In this document: one piece after another, positions 1 through 11,134 of the stretch
How the letters are laid out: each line of letters begins with the position of its first letter
Position numbering within the stretch: the first letter of the stretch is position 1
Assembly: GCA_963836185.1 (NCBI GenBank)
Contig: CAWIIQ010000001.1
Span: 1,120,001 to 1,184,000, forward strand
From: Candidatus Krumholzibacteriia bacterium
GTDB taxonomy: Bacteria; Krumholzibacteriota; Krumholzibacteriia; Krumholzibacteriales; Krumholzibacteriaceae
Length of the DNA: 64,000 nucleotides
Direction: 5' to 3'
The notes under the pieces: model-generated
Told to the model about the DNA's origin: nothing
Database searches by the model: none
Seen by the model: only the letters and a program-made list of their open reading frames with translations
Made by a program: the position numbers and the translations under genes

Positions 1-2
1 TT

Positions 3-329
3 GTCCCCGAGATCGGCCGTTACCTGATAGAATATCCTTTCGGCGACATATATTCCCGTCCGGGACTCGATCTGAAAACAAGGGAACTGGCTGCTATCGC
101 GGCGCTTGCGGCCATGGGGGATTGTGAGCCGCAGCTGCGCGTGCATATACACGCGGCACTCAATCTTGGATGTTCCAGGCAGGAAGTCGTGGAGGTGATC
201 CTGCAGATGAGCGTGTACGCGGGATTTCCCAGGTCGATCAACGCGATGTACGCGGCTAAGGATGTTTTCGCGAAAAGAAAGTCCAGCGGCAAAGATAGAG
301 CATCTACTCCTGAAGATCCCACCTCTTGA
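3..329 (+). CDS. Carboxymuconolactone decarboxylase (CMD/AhpD-like) family protein, 5'-truncated by the window edge
   Basis: Frame is open from base 3: ...[30 protein letters not shown]...[33 protein letters not shown], which are typical CMD motifs. Confidence 0.85.
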   Translation, partial: VPEIGRYLIEYPFGDIYSRPGLDLKTRELAAIAALAAMGDCEPQLRVHIHAALNLGCSRQEVVEVILQMSVYAGFPRSINAMYAAKDVFAKRKSSGKDRASTPEDPTS

Positions 330-336
330 ATAAACC

Positions 337-362
337 TGAAACCTGTAAGCCAGTAGAACGTA
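337..362 (+). promoter_or_regulatory. Candidate ECF (SigW-like) promoter TGAAAC-N16-CGTA upstream of lepB
   Basis: TGAAAC CTGTAAGCCAGTAGAA CGTA matches the B. subtilis SigW consensus exactly and ends 40 nt before the start codon. Confidence 0.5.
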
Positions 363-402
363 GAAATAGAAGAGCGTACGGGTGTCATTCGAGAGGTGAG
401 AG

Positions 403-1054
403 ATGAAAAATGTCTTACGATATGTCCGAAGCAGGGATTTTGTCTTCTACGTGGCTTTCCTGCTCGTTCTCGTCTGTGTCAGGTCCTCGGTTTTCGCGAG
501 CTATCACGTGCCGACCGGATCGATGAATCCTACGATCCTCGAGGGTGACTTCTTCTTTACCAACAAACTGGCCTACAGGCTGAAGGTCCCGTTTACGAAG
601 ACCAGCGTGATCGAATGGGGCATCTCCGTCAAGGGGCGAGATGGTCATCTTCAAGTTCCCCGAGAACGAAAGGGAGCTTTATACGAAGAGAGTCATCGGG
701 ATCCCGGGCGACATCATCGAGATGCGCGGCGGCAGGCTGTTCGTGAACGGCCAGGCAGCGACCGGGGAACAGACCGGAACGAAAAACGGTATAGAATTCT
801 ACAGGGAGACTCTCGGCGGCAGGGAATATACCGTTCAGCACATACCGGGCAGGAGTTACATGGCCGATGTTCCGCCGGTCGTGGTGCCGAAGGGACATAT
901 CTTCGTGATGGGCGACAACAGGGACAACAGCTACGACAGCAGGGCATGGGGATGCCTGCCTCTCGTCAACGTGGAGGGTGAACTTTTCGCCAGATGGTTC
1001 TCGTTCGATATCAAAGGTCTGCGTCCAAGGTTCGAAAGGATCGGGCCTGTCTGA
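403..1054 (+). CDS. lepB: Signal peptidase I (frameshifted near 620-640)
   Basis: ORF 403 gives an N-terminal TM helix plus VPTGSMNPT (catalytic Ser). ORF 641 gives YTKRVIG.PGD (Lys) and MGDNRDNSYDSR. Confidence 0.9.
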
Positions 1055-1088
1055 CGGGTTCATAGATATATTCTGTTCAGCCCGCGGT

Positions 1089-1117
1089 ACAGCCGGGAGC
1101 CGAAAGGCCCCGGCTGT
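1089..1117 (+). other. GC-rich stem-loop with GAAA tetraloop after lepB (no U-tract)
   Basis: ACAGCCGGG-A-GCC-GAAA-GGC-CCCGGCTGT. Confidence 0.5.
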
Positions 1118-1202
1118 TGCGTATTCGGGCGAATCGCATTGATGAAGTGCGGTCGCGGGTGTAATATCCGCGGGAAGGCATCAACAAAAGAGAGGACCCG
1201 AT

Positions 1203-1959
1203 ATGAAGATAGATCTGACCGGAGTAAAGGCGCTTGTAACGGGAGGGAGCAGCGGAATAGGCGAGGCGATATCGGTAACACTGGCCGAATGCGGAGCCGT
1301 GGTGGGAGTGCATTACAACACCGGAGGCGAGAAGGCCCGGCAGATGGCCGAACGGTTCGCAAACGGATCCGCGGCATTCGAAGCCGACCTCTTCGATCCT
1401 GAGGCCGCCGGAAGATTGTTCGTGACCGCGTCGGAGAGCCTTGGAGGAATCGATCTGCTCGTCAACAACGCCGGTATTTTCATCCCGGCGCATCCAGCCG
1501 GCGGGTACGAAGACTGGATGAAGGTCTGGGAGAGCACGATCGCGGTCAACCTGACCTCGACCGGCGTTCTCTGCAGGGCGGCGATAGAACATTTCAGCGG
1601 ACGCGGGGGAAGGATAGTCAATATCGCTTCGAGGGCTGCGTTCAGGGGTGAGACGGCCGACTATCTCGCGTACGCCGCGTCAAAAGGCGGCATGATATCC
1701 CTGAGCCGATCGATCGCCAGGTCGTTCGGCAAGGAAGGGATCAAGTCGTTTACGATCGCTCCCGGATATGTCCGTACACCGATGACCGAAAAGTACCTCG
1801 AGAAACATGGCGACGAGATGGTGGCGAACGAACTTGCGCTCGACGAGATGACAGGATCCTGATGATATCGCTCCGCTCGTGGCCTTTATCGCGGCGGGAA
1901 GACTCGATCACGCGACAGGATGTTCGATAGATATCAACGGGGGAAGTTATATCCACTGA
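1203..1959 (+). CDS. Short-chain dehydrogenase/reductase (FabG-like), frameshifted near 1858
   Basis: TGGSSGIG, NNAG and YAASK motifs. The C-terminus DDIAPLVAFIAAGRLDHATGCSIDINGGSYIH* continues in another frame from 1861. Confidence 0.88.
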
Positions 1960-1976
1960 TGCTTCCGCGCGGGGTC

Positions 1977-3311
1977 CTAGATATCCCTGAGAAGGACATT
2001 CTCCGGAGAATTCTCCATCGCTTCGCCGAACGAATCCATTATGGCGGTCAGCCTGGCGAACTGCGGCGAGTCGTTCGCGGGAGCAGTATCGCTGCCGAGT
2101 TTCTCCAGCGTGTCGACTACGCATTTCACGGTGAAGTGATTGATGTCGCATGCCGGTTGAAAAGCCGGATCCTGTCCCTTGGACCCTCTCAGTCTTTGAC
2201 AGCATCCCTTCATCGGCAAGTTCCGAGAGGATCTGTCTGACAAGGCGGACGGGCATTCCCAGTTCTTCCCCGATCTCCACAGCGGTCATAGGTGCGAGGC
2301 CGTCGGCGAAGTTTCTGATCACCTTCCAGGCAACGAGAAGGCCGAGACGTTTCTTGCTCCGCCAGCTGATGTGAAGTGAGTCGATCTCGGACTGGTACAT
2401 GCCGACGTTCTGTATGGCGAACGATATCTCCGCCCCGACGAGCACCAGCAGCCAGCTCATCTGGATCCATATCAGGAAAAGAGGGAGGGCGGCGAGGCTT
2501 CCATATATAGCGTTGTTTTTCGATACCCCGATCTGGAAGGCGATATAGATCCACTGGACGAGACGGTAGAGGTTCCCGCCACGACCGCCGCGTAGAAGGC
2601 TGACTTGAAGCTGACCTTCGTGTTGGGAAGAACGATATAGATGAATGTCAGCAGCCCCCATATCAGGAAGAACGGGAGGATATTGAAGATCAGCCATGAG
2701 ACAGGGCCCCGGGCATCGCGCAGTACCGTCGAATCGAGAAGCGAGATAAGCCGGGTCGAGATGAACCCCGAGAGACTCGTGTAGATGATCAGGCCGACGA
2801 CAGTCACTATCAGAATGGCCGTGTAGTCGCTGAACTTGCGAACGATGCTGCGGTCCTTGTGGATGTTCCAGATATCGTTGAAGGCGGCCTCGAAGTTCCC
2901 CAGGACCTTTATCAGTGTATAAAGCAGGACGACGATACCGACTCCCGCTACGATCCCGCCCTGAGTAGTTTCCAGCAGCGAATTTGCGTACTCGACTATC
3001 TTCGCTATCACTGTCTCGTACCCGGGATAGTTCTTGTAGAGAGTGTCCTCGATCATCTTGTCGAATCCGAATCCCTTCGCTATCCCGAAAACGATAGCTA
3101 CGACGGGCACGATGGACAGCAGCGAGTAGTAGGTCAGGGCCGACGCCCTGACGTTCAGCTTGTCTTCCTGGAATCCCTTCAGCGAGAGGACGAGGATCCT
3201 GAGCTGGCTTACCAGCAGCGCCCGGACTTTCGAAAGGTCCTCGAGACGAAGCTTCCAGATATCGACGGTGAGGAAGGTTATCACTCTCCTGATACCGTTT
3301 ATCGGATTCAT
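1977..3311 (-). CDS. YihY/BrkB family membrane protein with C-terminal Rrf2-like wHTH (two frameshifts, about 2570 and 2180)
   Basis: ASALTYYSLLSIVP, AAFNDIW and IYGSLAALPLFLIWIQMSWLLVLVGAE motifs are spread over three frames. Confidence 0.85.
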
Positions 3312-3478
3312 AGTTCTCCCCTGACAGAACCGCGACAGCCGTTACGGCCCGAATCATAGGATGGTAAAAGCCCCCGTGACAAGTCGAATGTGCCGCGCCC
3401 AATATTGATATTAATTCTGGAAGAGCGGCGCCGGCCGCCTGTATAATCCAGATACTGACAACAGAAAGGAGCCGGGAC

Positions 3479-4090
3479 ATGTTTGAATCACAGCGAGCCT
3501 TCGCCATCTTCTCGATCATCGCCGGAATTATCGTATGCTTCTGGGGCTACCGTCTTTTCAAGGTCGTTCTGGGCATTGCGGGCTTTATCGCCGGCGCCGT
3601 GCTTTTCTACCATTTCGGAGCGCAATATACGGCTAACATGATAGTCCTCGTGATTCTGGCTGTATTCGGCGGGCTCATCGGCGCTTCTCTCTCTCTGGCG
3701 TTCTATTATATCGGGCTCTTCCTGCTCGGCGCCCTCGCGGGCTGGCAGCTCGGATTTCTTATAGCGACCGCTATCAACATCGAATTTGTCATCATCATCC
3801 CGATCATCGCGGCGATCTTCGTAGGATTCCTGGCCTGTTTCTTCCAGAAACCGGTGATCATAATCGCAACAGCGCTGATCGGCGCGTGGAGCGTGGTGAC
3901 TGGCGGCTTCTACTTCTTCGGCACAGGGATAATCCCGACCGACCTCTTCCGCGATCCGTTCATGCTGGTCGAAAGCCTCCGCGAGACGAATCCGGTAGTC
4001 ATCCTCGCATGGATCGTACTGAGCATCGCCGGGATGATATTCCAGTTCAGCTGCCGTGTGCCGGGAACGGCCGGAGAGAAGGGGAAATAA
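3479..4090 (+). CDS. DUF4203/TMEM198-like multi-pass membrane protein
   Basis: CFWGYRLFK..LGIAGFIAG start, about 7 hydrophobic helices, TALIGAW motif. Confidence 0.75.
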   Translation: MFESQRAFAIFSIIAGIIVCFWGYRLFKVVLGIAGFIAGAVLFYHFGAQYTANMIVLVILAVFGGLIGASLSLAFYYIGLFLLGALAGWQLGFLIATAINIEFVIIIPIIAAIFVGFLACFFQKPVIIIATALIGAWSVVTGGFYFFGTGIIPTDLFRDPFMLVESLRETNPVVILAWIVLSIAGMIFQFSCRVPGTAGEKGK

Positions 4091-4093
4091 GGG

Positions 4094-5550
4094 ATGGAGC
4101 ACCAGGGACAGATCCTGGCGGTAATGATCGCCTATCTCTCTCTTGTCATCCTGTGGGGACTGTATCAGGGTAGAAAGGTCAAGTCAGAGGCCGACTACTC
4201 GATCGCTGGAAGGAACCTTCCCGGCTGGGCGGCCGCTCTTTCCGAAAGGGCGACGGGTGAATCTTCCTGGGCCCTGCTCGGCCTGCCCGGAGCTGCGTAT
4301 GCGACAGGCCTTCTCGAGACATGGACGGCGATCGGTTGCGTCGCCGGCATAATCACCGCCTGGGCAGGGATCGCCTGGCGGCTGCGCGACGAGGCCGAGA
4401 AGTACGAGATCAACACGTTCACGCAATATATAGCCCGGCGGCACGGCGAGTTCGAGAAGTGGATAAGGATCGCAGGCAGTTTCACGATAGTCTTCTTTTT
4501 CTTCTTCTATGTCGGGGCGCAGTTCCTCGGCGGCGGGAAGACCCTCTTTACAATATTCGGGCTCGATCCGAGGCTCGGGATGCTGATCACCGCCGTGATC
4601 ATAGTCCCTTACACGATATACGGTGGATTCAGGAGCGTCGTATATACAGATGTCGTTCAGGCGATCGTGATGATCGTCGCGCTGGTAGTCGGCCCGATAG
4701 CAGGGTTCATATACCTGATGAAGGCGCCCGACGTGTTCGCACGCTCGGTCCCCGAGGCTCTCAGGCTCTCCGGGCCGGCGAGATGTTCGATGACCGGCGC
4801 CTTTTCAGGATTCGCGGCGGGGGCGGGGATAATGGGAGGCCTATCGTGGTTCTTCGGGTACCTCGGAGGCCAGCCCCAGCTCAGCACGAGGTTCATGGCG
4901 ATCAGGGATACGCGGAACGCGCGGCTCGGCAGAAACATCGGGATAGCCTGGACAGTTCTCGCGTATGCGGCGCGCTCGCGATCGGCTGGATCGGCCTCGC
5001 GATATTCGGCCCCGACGGTCTGAAGGACTGCGAGTTCGTGATGCCGATGGTGATGTTCAGGATCTTCCCCGATATCATCGCGGCGATCCTCGTGACAGGC
5101 GCTATAGCGGCGATGATATCGACTGCCGATTCCCTGCTGATCCTCTCTTCGACCGAACTTTCAGAGAATCTCATCGGCGCGATCGGGGAGAAAAAGGCGC
5201 ACAGGCTGAGCGATCTTTCACGATCGAGGGTCACGACTGCGATCCTGGCCGCTATCGCCCTCTGCGTCGCCTACATATTCCCGTCGAGGCTGATATATAC
5301 GCTTGTGGGATTCGTATGGGCCGGGATCGGATCGACATTCTCGGTCGTGATCCTGCTGACGCTCTTCTGGAAGAGGTATCACGGAAAGGCGGTAGTCATC
5401 ACGATCATCGCGGGAATGCTGTTTACAATCGTCTGGAACGTCACGGGGATGGAGAAGGTGCTTACAGCACGCTTTACGACATTCGTCTTTGCCGCCGCTG
5501 TAGCGGTTATCTCGACATACGTGATTCCATCGGGGAGGGCAGATCGATGA
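4094..5550 (+). CDS. putP: Sodium/proline symporter (SSS family), frameshifted near 4970
   Basis: YSIAGRNLPGWAAALS..A.GESSWALLGLPG, GGFRSVVYTDVVQ, GYLGGQPQLSTRFMA and AAMISTADS motifs. Confidence 0.85.
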
Positions 5551-6056
5551 TCGAACTGAGGCCGGCGACGAAAGGCGACATACCGGCGATCACCGAGATA
5601 TACAACGACGCGATCCTCAATACGGTTGCGACATTCGACCTGGAGATAAAGAGCGTCGAGGAGATGCTGCGCTGGTTCGAAAAGCACGGCGAGGACTATC
5701 CCGTGGTCGTATGCCTGTCAGAGGGACGGATCGTGGGGTACGCTTCGCTCAACGAGTATTCGCCCAAGAAGGCATACGCCGCGACGGCGGAGGTATCGGT
5801 CTATATCGACAGCGAAAAGAGGGGAGAGGGATTCGGGCGCACTTTGCTCGGTGCTGTTATCGAGGCCGGGATGAGGAAGGGTATCCACGCCATGATCGCC
5901 AGGATCACGGAAGGAAACGATATCAGCGTGCACCTCTTCGAGGAATTCGATTTTTCACATGTCGGAAAGCTCAGGGAAGTCGGCACGAAATTCGGGCGCC
6001 TGCTTGACGTCGACATCTACCAGAGGACACTGGATGATTCCGGGAGGGAAAGATGA
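5547..6056 (+). CDS. GNAT N-acetyltransferase (Pat/MddA/YncA-like)
   Basis: MIELRPA...IYNDAI...ATF, EVSVY...RGEGFGR.LL and VGTKFGRLLD motifs; ATGA overlap with putP. Confidence 0.88.
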   Translation: MIELRPATKGDIPAITEIYNDAILNTVATFDLEIKSVEEMLRWFEKHGEDYPVVVCLSEGRIVGYASLNEYSPKKAYAATAEVSVYIDSEKRGEGFGRTLLGAVIEAGMRKGIHAMIARITEGNDISVHLFEEFDFSHVGKLREVGTKFGRLLDVDIYQRTLDDSGRER

Positions 6057-7087
6057 AGAAGAGATCAGCCGCGTGGATATGCCTGACTTTGATCGTGGTC
6101 GTATTGTCGGGGGGCTGCGCCCGGCATGAGGAAGAAGGGCCGGTACTCTGGCCGGAGCTGGAACCTTACGAGACGGGATATCTCAAGGTGTCGGATACGC
6201 ACGAGATATATTACGAGTTCTGCGGCAATCCCGGGGGCAAACCGGTCTTTGTCCTGCACGGGGGGCCCGGGGCGGCATCGGTCTCGTACTACAGGCGATT
6301 CTTCGATCCGGAGAAGTTCCACATCGTTCTGCACGATCAGCGCGGCTGCGGGAACTCAAAGCCGTTTCTCGAGCTCGAGGGCAACACAACATGGGACCTC
6401 GTAGAGGATATCGAGAAGCTCAGGGAGCATGCCGGGGCCGGGAAGATCATCCTCTTCGGCGGATCGTGGGGGTCGACCCTGGGGCTCGCGTACGGGGTGA
6501 CTTATCCGGATAAAGTCGAGGGTATGATCCTCAGGGGGATATTCACCGCGACCGCCGAGGAATTCGAGCATTATTACTGCGGTGGTGCAGAGTACTTTTT
6601 CCCCGACGTGTACAGGTCCCTTCAGGCGGTCATGCCTGAGAAATCCCCGTGCATATCGCCCGAGTACATCTACAAAAGTATCCTCGAGGGAAGCGATGAG
6701 GAAAAGAAGAGGTTGAGCATCGCGTGGGTCGAGTACGAGGGGGGGATAGCGACGCTAGAGCCCCGGTTCATCGATGGTGAGAAATGGTGGAGCACCGAAA
6801 GTGGCAGGAAGATACTTCTCGGACTGGCCGTGATCGAGAACTACTACATGGCAAACAGTTGCTTTCTCGAAGAGGGCGAGCTTCTTGACAGGGCGCCGGT
6901 GCTCGCCGGAGTGCCCATCACACTGATAAACGGCCGCTACGATGTCATCTGCCCCCCTCTTTTCGCTCTCAGGGTCCATGAGAGGCTCCCCGGATCGAAG
7001 CTCATCATCACGGAGAGGTCGGGGCACTCGATGGGAGAGCCGGAGACCGAGAAGGCCATGCTCGAAGCTGTACGTGATTTCGAATAA
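6053..7087 (+). CDS. pip: Prolyl aminopeptidase (S33) with lipoprotein signal peptide
   Basis: HGGPG, DQRGCG and GGSWGS nucleophile motif, GRYDVICP, SGH; N-terminal LSGGC lipobox. Confidence 0.9.
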   Translation: MKKRSAAWICLTLIVVVLSGGCARHEEEGPVLWPELEPYETGYLKVSDTHEIYYEFCGNPGGKPVFVLHGGPGAASVSYYRRFFDPEKFHIVLHDQRGCGNSKPFLELEGNTTWDLVEDIEKLREHAGAGKIILFGGSWGSTLGLAYGVTYPDKVEGMILRGIFTATAEEFEHYYCGGAEYFFPDVYRSLQAVMPEKSPCISPEYIYKSILEGSDEEKKRLSIAWVEYEGGIATLEPRFIDGEKWWSTESGRKILLGLAVIENYYMANSCFLEEGELLDRAPVLAGVPITLINGRYDVICPPLFALRVHERLPGSKLIITERSGHSMGEPETEKAMLEAVRDFE

Positions 7088-7100
7088 AGGAGGTTGATCG

Positions 7101-7652
7101 ATGAATGGAAAATCAGTTCTCGCGATAGTCCTCGCCACACTGGCGATCTTCGTCTGGGGAGCGGCATTCTGGATGAATCCTCTGCCGAACAGGATGTTGA
7201 AGGATACGGGAGCCGACGAAGCCTTACAGGACCTGATGAAAGAGAATATGACTGAAAGCGGCCTGTACATGCTCCCCTCGTCTCACCTCGAGAAGGCCGA
7301 GATGCAACGGCTATACTCGCGCGGCCCGATAGCGATGATATTCTATCACCGCGAGGGTATGGTGGAGATGAACAAGACCTCGCTGTTTTACAGCCTGATA
7401 CACAACCTGTTCTCAGTCGTGCTGCTCGCGCTTCTGATGCATATGGTACGAGGCAGTCTCGTCACGTACGGGTCGAGGATCATTTTCGCCGGGCTGGCCG
7501 GACTTGGTATGGCCTTCTTCTCGAATCTGACGAACGCGATCTGGTTCTTCTATCCATGGGACTACGCCCTTACCGGGCTGATCTATGACGTTACGATCTG
7601 GATCGTCGCCGGACTCGTGCTTGGAAGGTTCATCAGGCCCTCTGCGGCATAG
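7101..7652 (+). CDS. Hypothetical 4-TM membrane protein
   Basis: Strong RBS (AAGGAGG); four hydrophobic segments. Confidence 0.7.
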   Translation: MNGKSVLAIVLATLAIFVWGAAFWMNPLPNRMLKDTGADEALQDLMKENMTESGLYMLPSSHLEKAEMQRLYSRGPIAMIFYHREGMVEMNKTSLFYSLIHNLFSVVLLALLMHMVRGSLVTYGSRIIFAGLAGLGMAFFSNLTNAIWFFYPWDYALTGLIYDVTIWIVAGLVLGRFIRPSAA

Positions 7653-7778
7653 GGCATGAGAGCGAAAAAAGGCGATCATCGCTGCCCGGAGAGCTGAATA
7701 ACGACCAGGCAGGGACCACGCCCCAATGTATAACCACCTCTTATTAAATAAGATGTGAAAAATCTGCGTTTTTTCAAG

Positions 7779-7848
7779 GTGTATTACTTGACATATACAC
7801 TGTTCGTGGATATATTGTCGATATGAGTGTATTACTATACTAATTCAC
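7779..7848 (+). promoter_or_regulatory. Sigma70 promoter (TTGACA 7788, 17 bp, TATATT 7811) with two 22-bp YtrA-type operators
   Basis: GTGTATTACTTGACATATACAC (7779-7800) and GTGTATTACTATACTAATTCAC (7827-7848) are palindromes directly upstream of a YtrA-like GntR gene. Confidence 0.8.
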
Positions 7849-7885
7849 TATTGCGCCATGGAGGCGAACCCGAAAGGACAGCGAG

Positions 7886-8311
7886 ATGCTCATAGTAGTG
7901 GATCCGCACAGCGGGGTACCCGTCTACAGGCAGCTGATGGACCAGATCAGGTTCCATATATCGAGCGGTATGCTCAAACCGGGTGATGAGCTTCCTTCGA
8001 CCAGGGTGCTTTCCCAGCAGCTGGGGGTCAACCCTATGACGATCAGCAAGGCCTACAGCTTTCTCGAAAGAGACGGTGAGATCGAAAGACGCCCTGGCCG
8101 GCCGCTGATCGTCAGTGAGATGGGTCAGCAGGGGAGCATGGAACGCAGAACCGAGCAACTCCGGGAAAGTCTCGCGTCATCAGTGACAGTAGCGAGACAG
8201 CTCGGAATCGGTCCCACCGAGGCGGTAGGGATATTCATCGATATGTTCGGGAGGTCCATCGACGGCCAGCCGGAAAAGAAAGAATCGGATAAAGAGGAGG
8301 AGCAGTCATGA
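7886..8311 (+). CDS. GntR family regulator, YtrA subfamily
   Basis: SGVPVYRQL..QI...I.SG.LKPGDELPSTR.LS..LGVNPMTISKAY; short C-terminal domain; heads an ABC operon. Confidence 0.92.
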   Translation: MLIVVDPHSGVPVYRQLMDQIRFHISSGMLKPGDELPSTRVLSQQLGVNPMTISKAYSFLERDGEIERRPGRPLIVSEMGQQGSMERRTEQLRESLASSVTVARQLGIGPTEAVGIFIDMFGRSIDGQPEKKESDKEEEQS

Positions 8312-9202
8312 CAGTCATAGAATTCAGCGGGATCCACAGATCCTTCGTCAGTGGAAAAGACGTTCTCGACGGGGTGACGATGTCGGTGAAAAAAGGTGAT
8401 GTCGTCGGTCTGCTCGGGCGCAACGGTGCCGGCAAGACCACACTGCTCAGGATTGCGATGGGGATGCTCGAAGCGCAGAAAGGGAGCGTCAGTGTTTTCG
8501 GTATGGATCCGCGAAAGAGGCCAGAGGATGTAAAGAGAAGGATCGGGTACGTCTCAGAGGACCAGGTCCTGCCCGAGTATCTGAGGGTGAGGGAGATCAT
8601 CGGGCTGTACAAGAGCCTCTATCCGGGCTGGGATGAGGACCTCGAGACCGGGCTCGTCAGGCAGGTTCGACCTGCCCCTTGACTCGAAGATCCGTTCGCT
8701 CAGCAAGGGGCAGGCGAGGCAGGTAGCCCTGGTCTGCGCTATCAGTCACCGTCCCGAGCTGCTCATCCTCGATGAGCCTGCCGGCGGGCTCGATCCGATG
8801 GCGAGGAGAGAGTTCCTCGAGACATCGATACAGATGCTCAACGAGACAGGCTCCACGATCCTTTTCTCGTCTCACTATATGACCGACGTCGAGAGGCTCG
8901 CGAGGCGCGTCGTCCTCATCCATGAGGGGAGGATCATGATCGACAGCGATCTCGATTCGATGAGGGAGAACTATTCGCTCTGCCTGCTTCCGCTTACCGA
9001 AGGGATCGATTCTGACAGAGTCAGGCAGCTGGCCGGCTGCATGGCGGTGAGGGAACGGGCCGAAATCATGCACGCCGTATTCAGTTCGAGGCCGGAGGAA
9101 TCAGGTTCGATCATCGAGAGGGAGCTCGGAGTAAAGGATGTGAATTGCCGAAGGGCGGACCTCGAGGAGATGTTCATAGAACTCGTGGGAGGTCAGCTGT
9201 GA
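8308..9202 (+). CDS. ABC transporter ATP-binding protein (YtrB-like), frameshifted near 8665
   Basis: GRNGAGKT in ORF 8308; LSKGQ, LLILDEP and SSH in ORF 8633. Confidence 0.9.
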
Positions 9203-11026
9203 ATACTTACGCGGACGGAAACGTTTCGATTTTCAGGCTGATCAGGTACGACAGGGCTGTAGACCAGTGGTACATCGCCCAACTGGTAGCCTTCGTCCTG
9301 GCGCTGTTTCTCCACGTCTTTCAGGTACCCGGCTCGCTGATGACATGGGGGGAGTTTGGAGGCAGGCCGATTACGTTCGACCTGCTCTACCTTACGGCCC
9401 TCGCCTATTTCGTGTTCATCGTCATCATGACCGGGGTCAGGACGAAGAGCTCTATGATGTGCATGACGTTGCCGCTCTCTACCAGGAGGGTCTGGCTCTC
9501 CCGGATCCTGTCGATGCTGTTCGTATCCCAGCTGCCGATAATCCTTGTCACGATCGTCACCGCCTTCAGGGCGCCCGGCGGGGGAGAGCCGTTCTACCTC
9601 GACAGTTTCACTCTAAGACTGGGATTTCACACATGCTCGGCGATGGCGATGCTTACGATGCTTCTCCAGCTGCCGATGCTGGAACTGGGGCGTATCACCA
9701 GGCTCGGCTCTTACGCAGCCTACACAGGTTTCATCGCTGCTGTCGTGGTCTTCGCCGCGATGGTCACAGTCGGGGTCACATGGGCCTCGTGGCTGTTCCT
9801 CCTGGCGCGGCCTGGTCATCGTGATGTGGATACAGATGAACCTGCCTCCTTCCTTTTCCACCATGCCGGCTGAACCGGAGAGGGACGGCGCTGTCGAGAC
9901 GGGTACGCTGCCGGCCGCCGAGGCTTCGGAAAAAGGCAGCCCCGCTTCTGTTGTCACAGTCTCCCCGGCGCTGACAAAGACGCGGCTCTATCTGACACTT
10001 GCCCGCGTGGTGGTGAACAGGTGGAACTACTGGATAGACTGCCTGCTTCTTGTCTTCTACGCGATGATGGCGGTGATGTCGTATCTACAACGGCGCGAGG
10101 GAAAATCCATGGTGGCTCTTCGGGTTCATCTGGATATACGCGGCGCTGATGCAGAGTATCCAGGTGCTGAAAAAGGTCGATTTCCTTCCTGTCTCGAGGA
10201 ACCTGCTCTTCGGGATGACGATGACCCCGATCATCTTCGCGATCATCCTCGGGATGGGATTCGGTTATCTGAGCATAGCTGTGCAGCCGCAGGAGCAGAG
10301 GCTTATCAGCTTTTCCGGCGGCAGGCTGCGATATCCCGAAGGAGTTCTACGAGATGACGGAGGACGGTCCGCCGCCGGTTCTCACGTCGTTATGGGGTGA
10401 GTTTCACATGCCGGAGGCTCATCCTCTCTTCGCTGGATCGCGAAGATATGTATACAAGCCTTTTGACACGGGACCTGAAAGTTCCCCGAGATTCATCGCC
10501 CTTCAGATAGACAGGGCCGTTGAAGCGATACATGGCATAGAGCGGGACCCGCTCGAGAAATACGAGGATCTCGATGAGGAATTCATCGCCGGTGCCGGGG
10601 AAGGCTGTTGCAGTGTGAAGGAGTCGGTCGGCAGGGCTTCAGATACGAGGAGCAGGGTGTTCGCTCTCGCGGGGATCATCTCCGCCGCATTCTACTCTGT
10701 GATAATTGCGTTTCAGATCGGATACGGCGGAAAACATGGAGGAAAGCATCCAGGTAATCTCATCTTGCCCGGAGCCGTGATCATGATATTTCTCGTGATC
10801 ATGTCGGTCGTTCTTGCCGGTAAGGCGGGATTGTGCGAACCGTCGTTCGTGGAGGCGGTCCCGTCTATCTATATGCGAAGGCTTGCAGACGTGATCCCGC
10901 TCTCGACTCGCGACGCTCTGGATCGTTTTCTCCGCCGTCTGCGTGGCAGGGTACTTCATGCTGCAGTCGGCCTACAGACATTTCGAGGCTCCGATGGCAC
11001 AAGGTGCCCGGAAGAAGGCCCTGTAA
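9199..11026 (+). CDS. Large multi-pass membrane protein, probable ABC permease (about 4 frameshifts)
   Basis: GTGA overlap with the ATPase. Hydrophobic segments run across ORFs 9145, 9821, 10149 and 10354. TLPLSTRRVW.SR and FLPVSRNLLF are ABC-2-like motifs. Ends ...ARKKAL* at 11026, before a terminator. Confidence 0.65.
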
Positions 11027-11041
11027 ACGCATCGCTGGATC

Positions 11042-11086
11042 AGGCGCCCGGCAGTCACTTATGATTGGCCGGGCGCCTTTTTTTAT
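11042..11086 (+). terminator. Rho-independent terminator
   Basis: AGGCGCCCGGC...GCCGGGCGCCT followed by a T-run. Confidence 0.8.
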
Positions 11087-11134
11087 GATATACGGAAAAG
11101 GACAGACGGTTTTATCAAAGCGAGGACCTTATTG

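Noticed and set aside
1855-1865. TGA read-through (selenocysteine) in the SDR gene
   Set aside because: The C-terminus continues in a different frame, so this is an indel rather than stop recoding.
1750-3519. 589-aa minus-strand ORF
   Set aside because: Only its middle part is the true YihY frame; the rest is out-of-frame read-through caused by indels.
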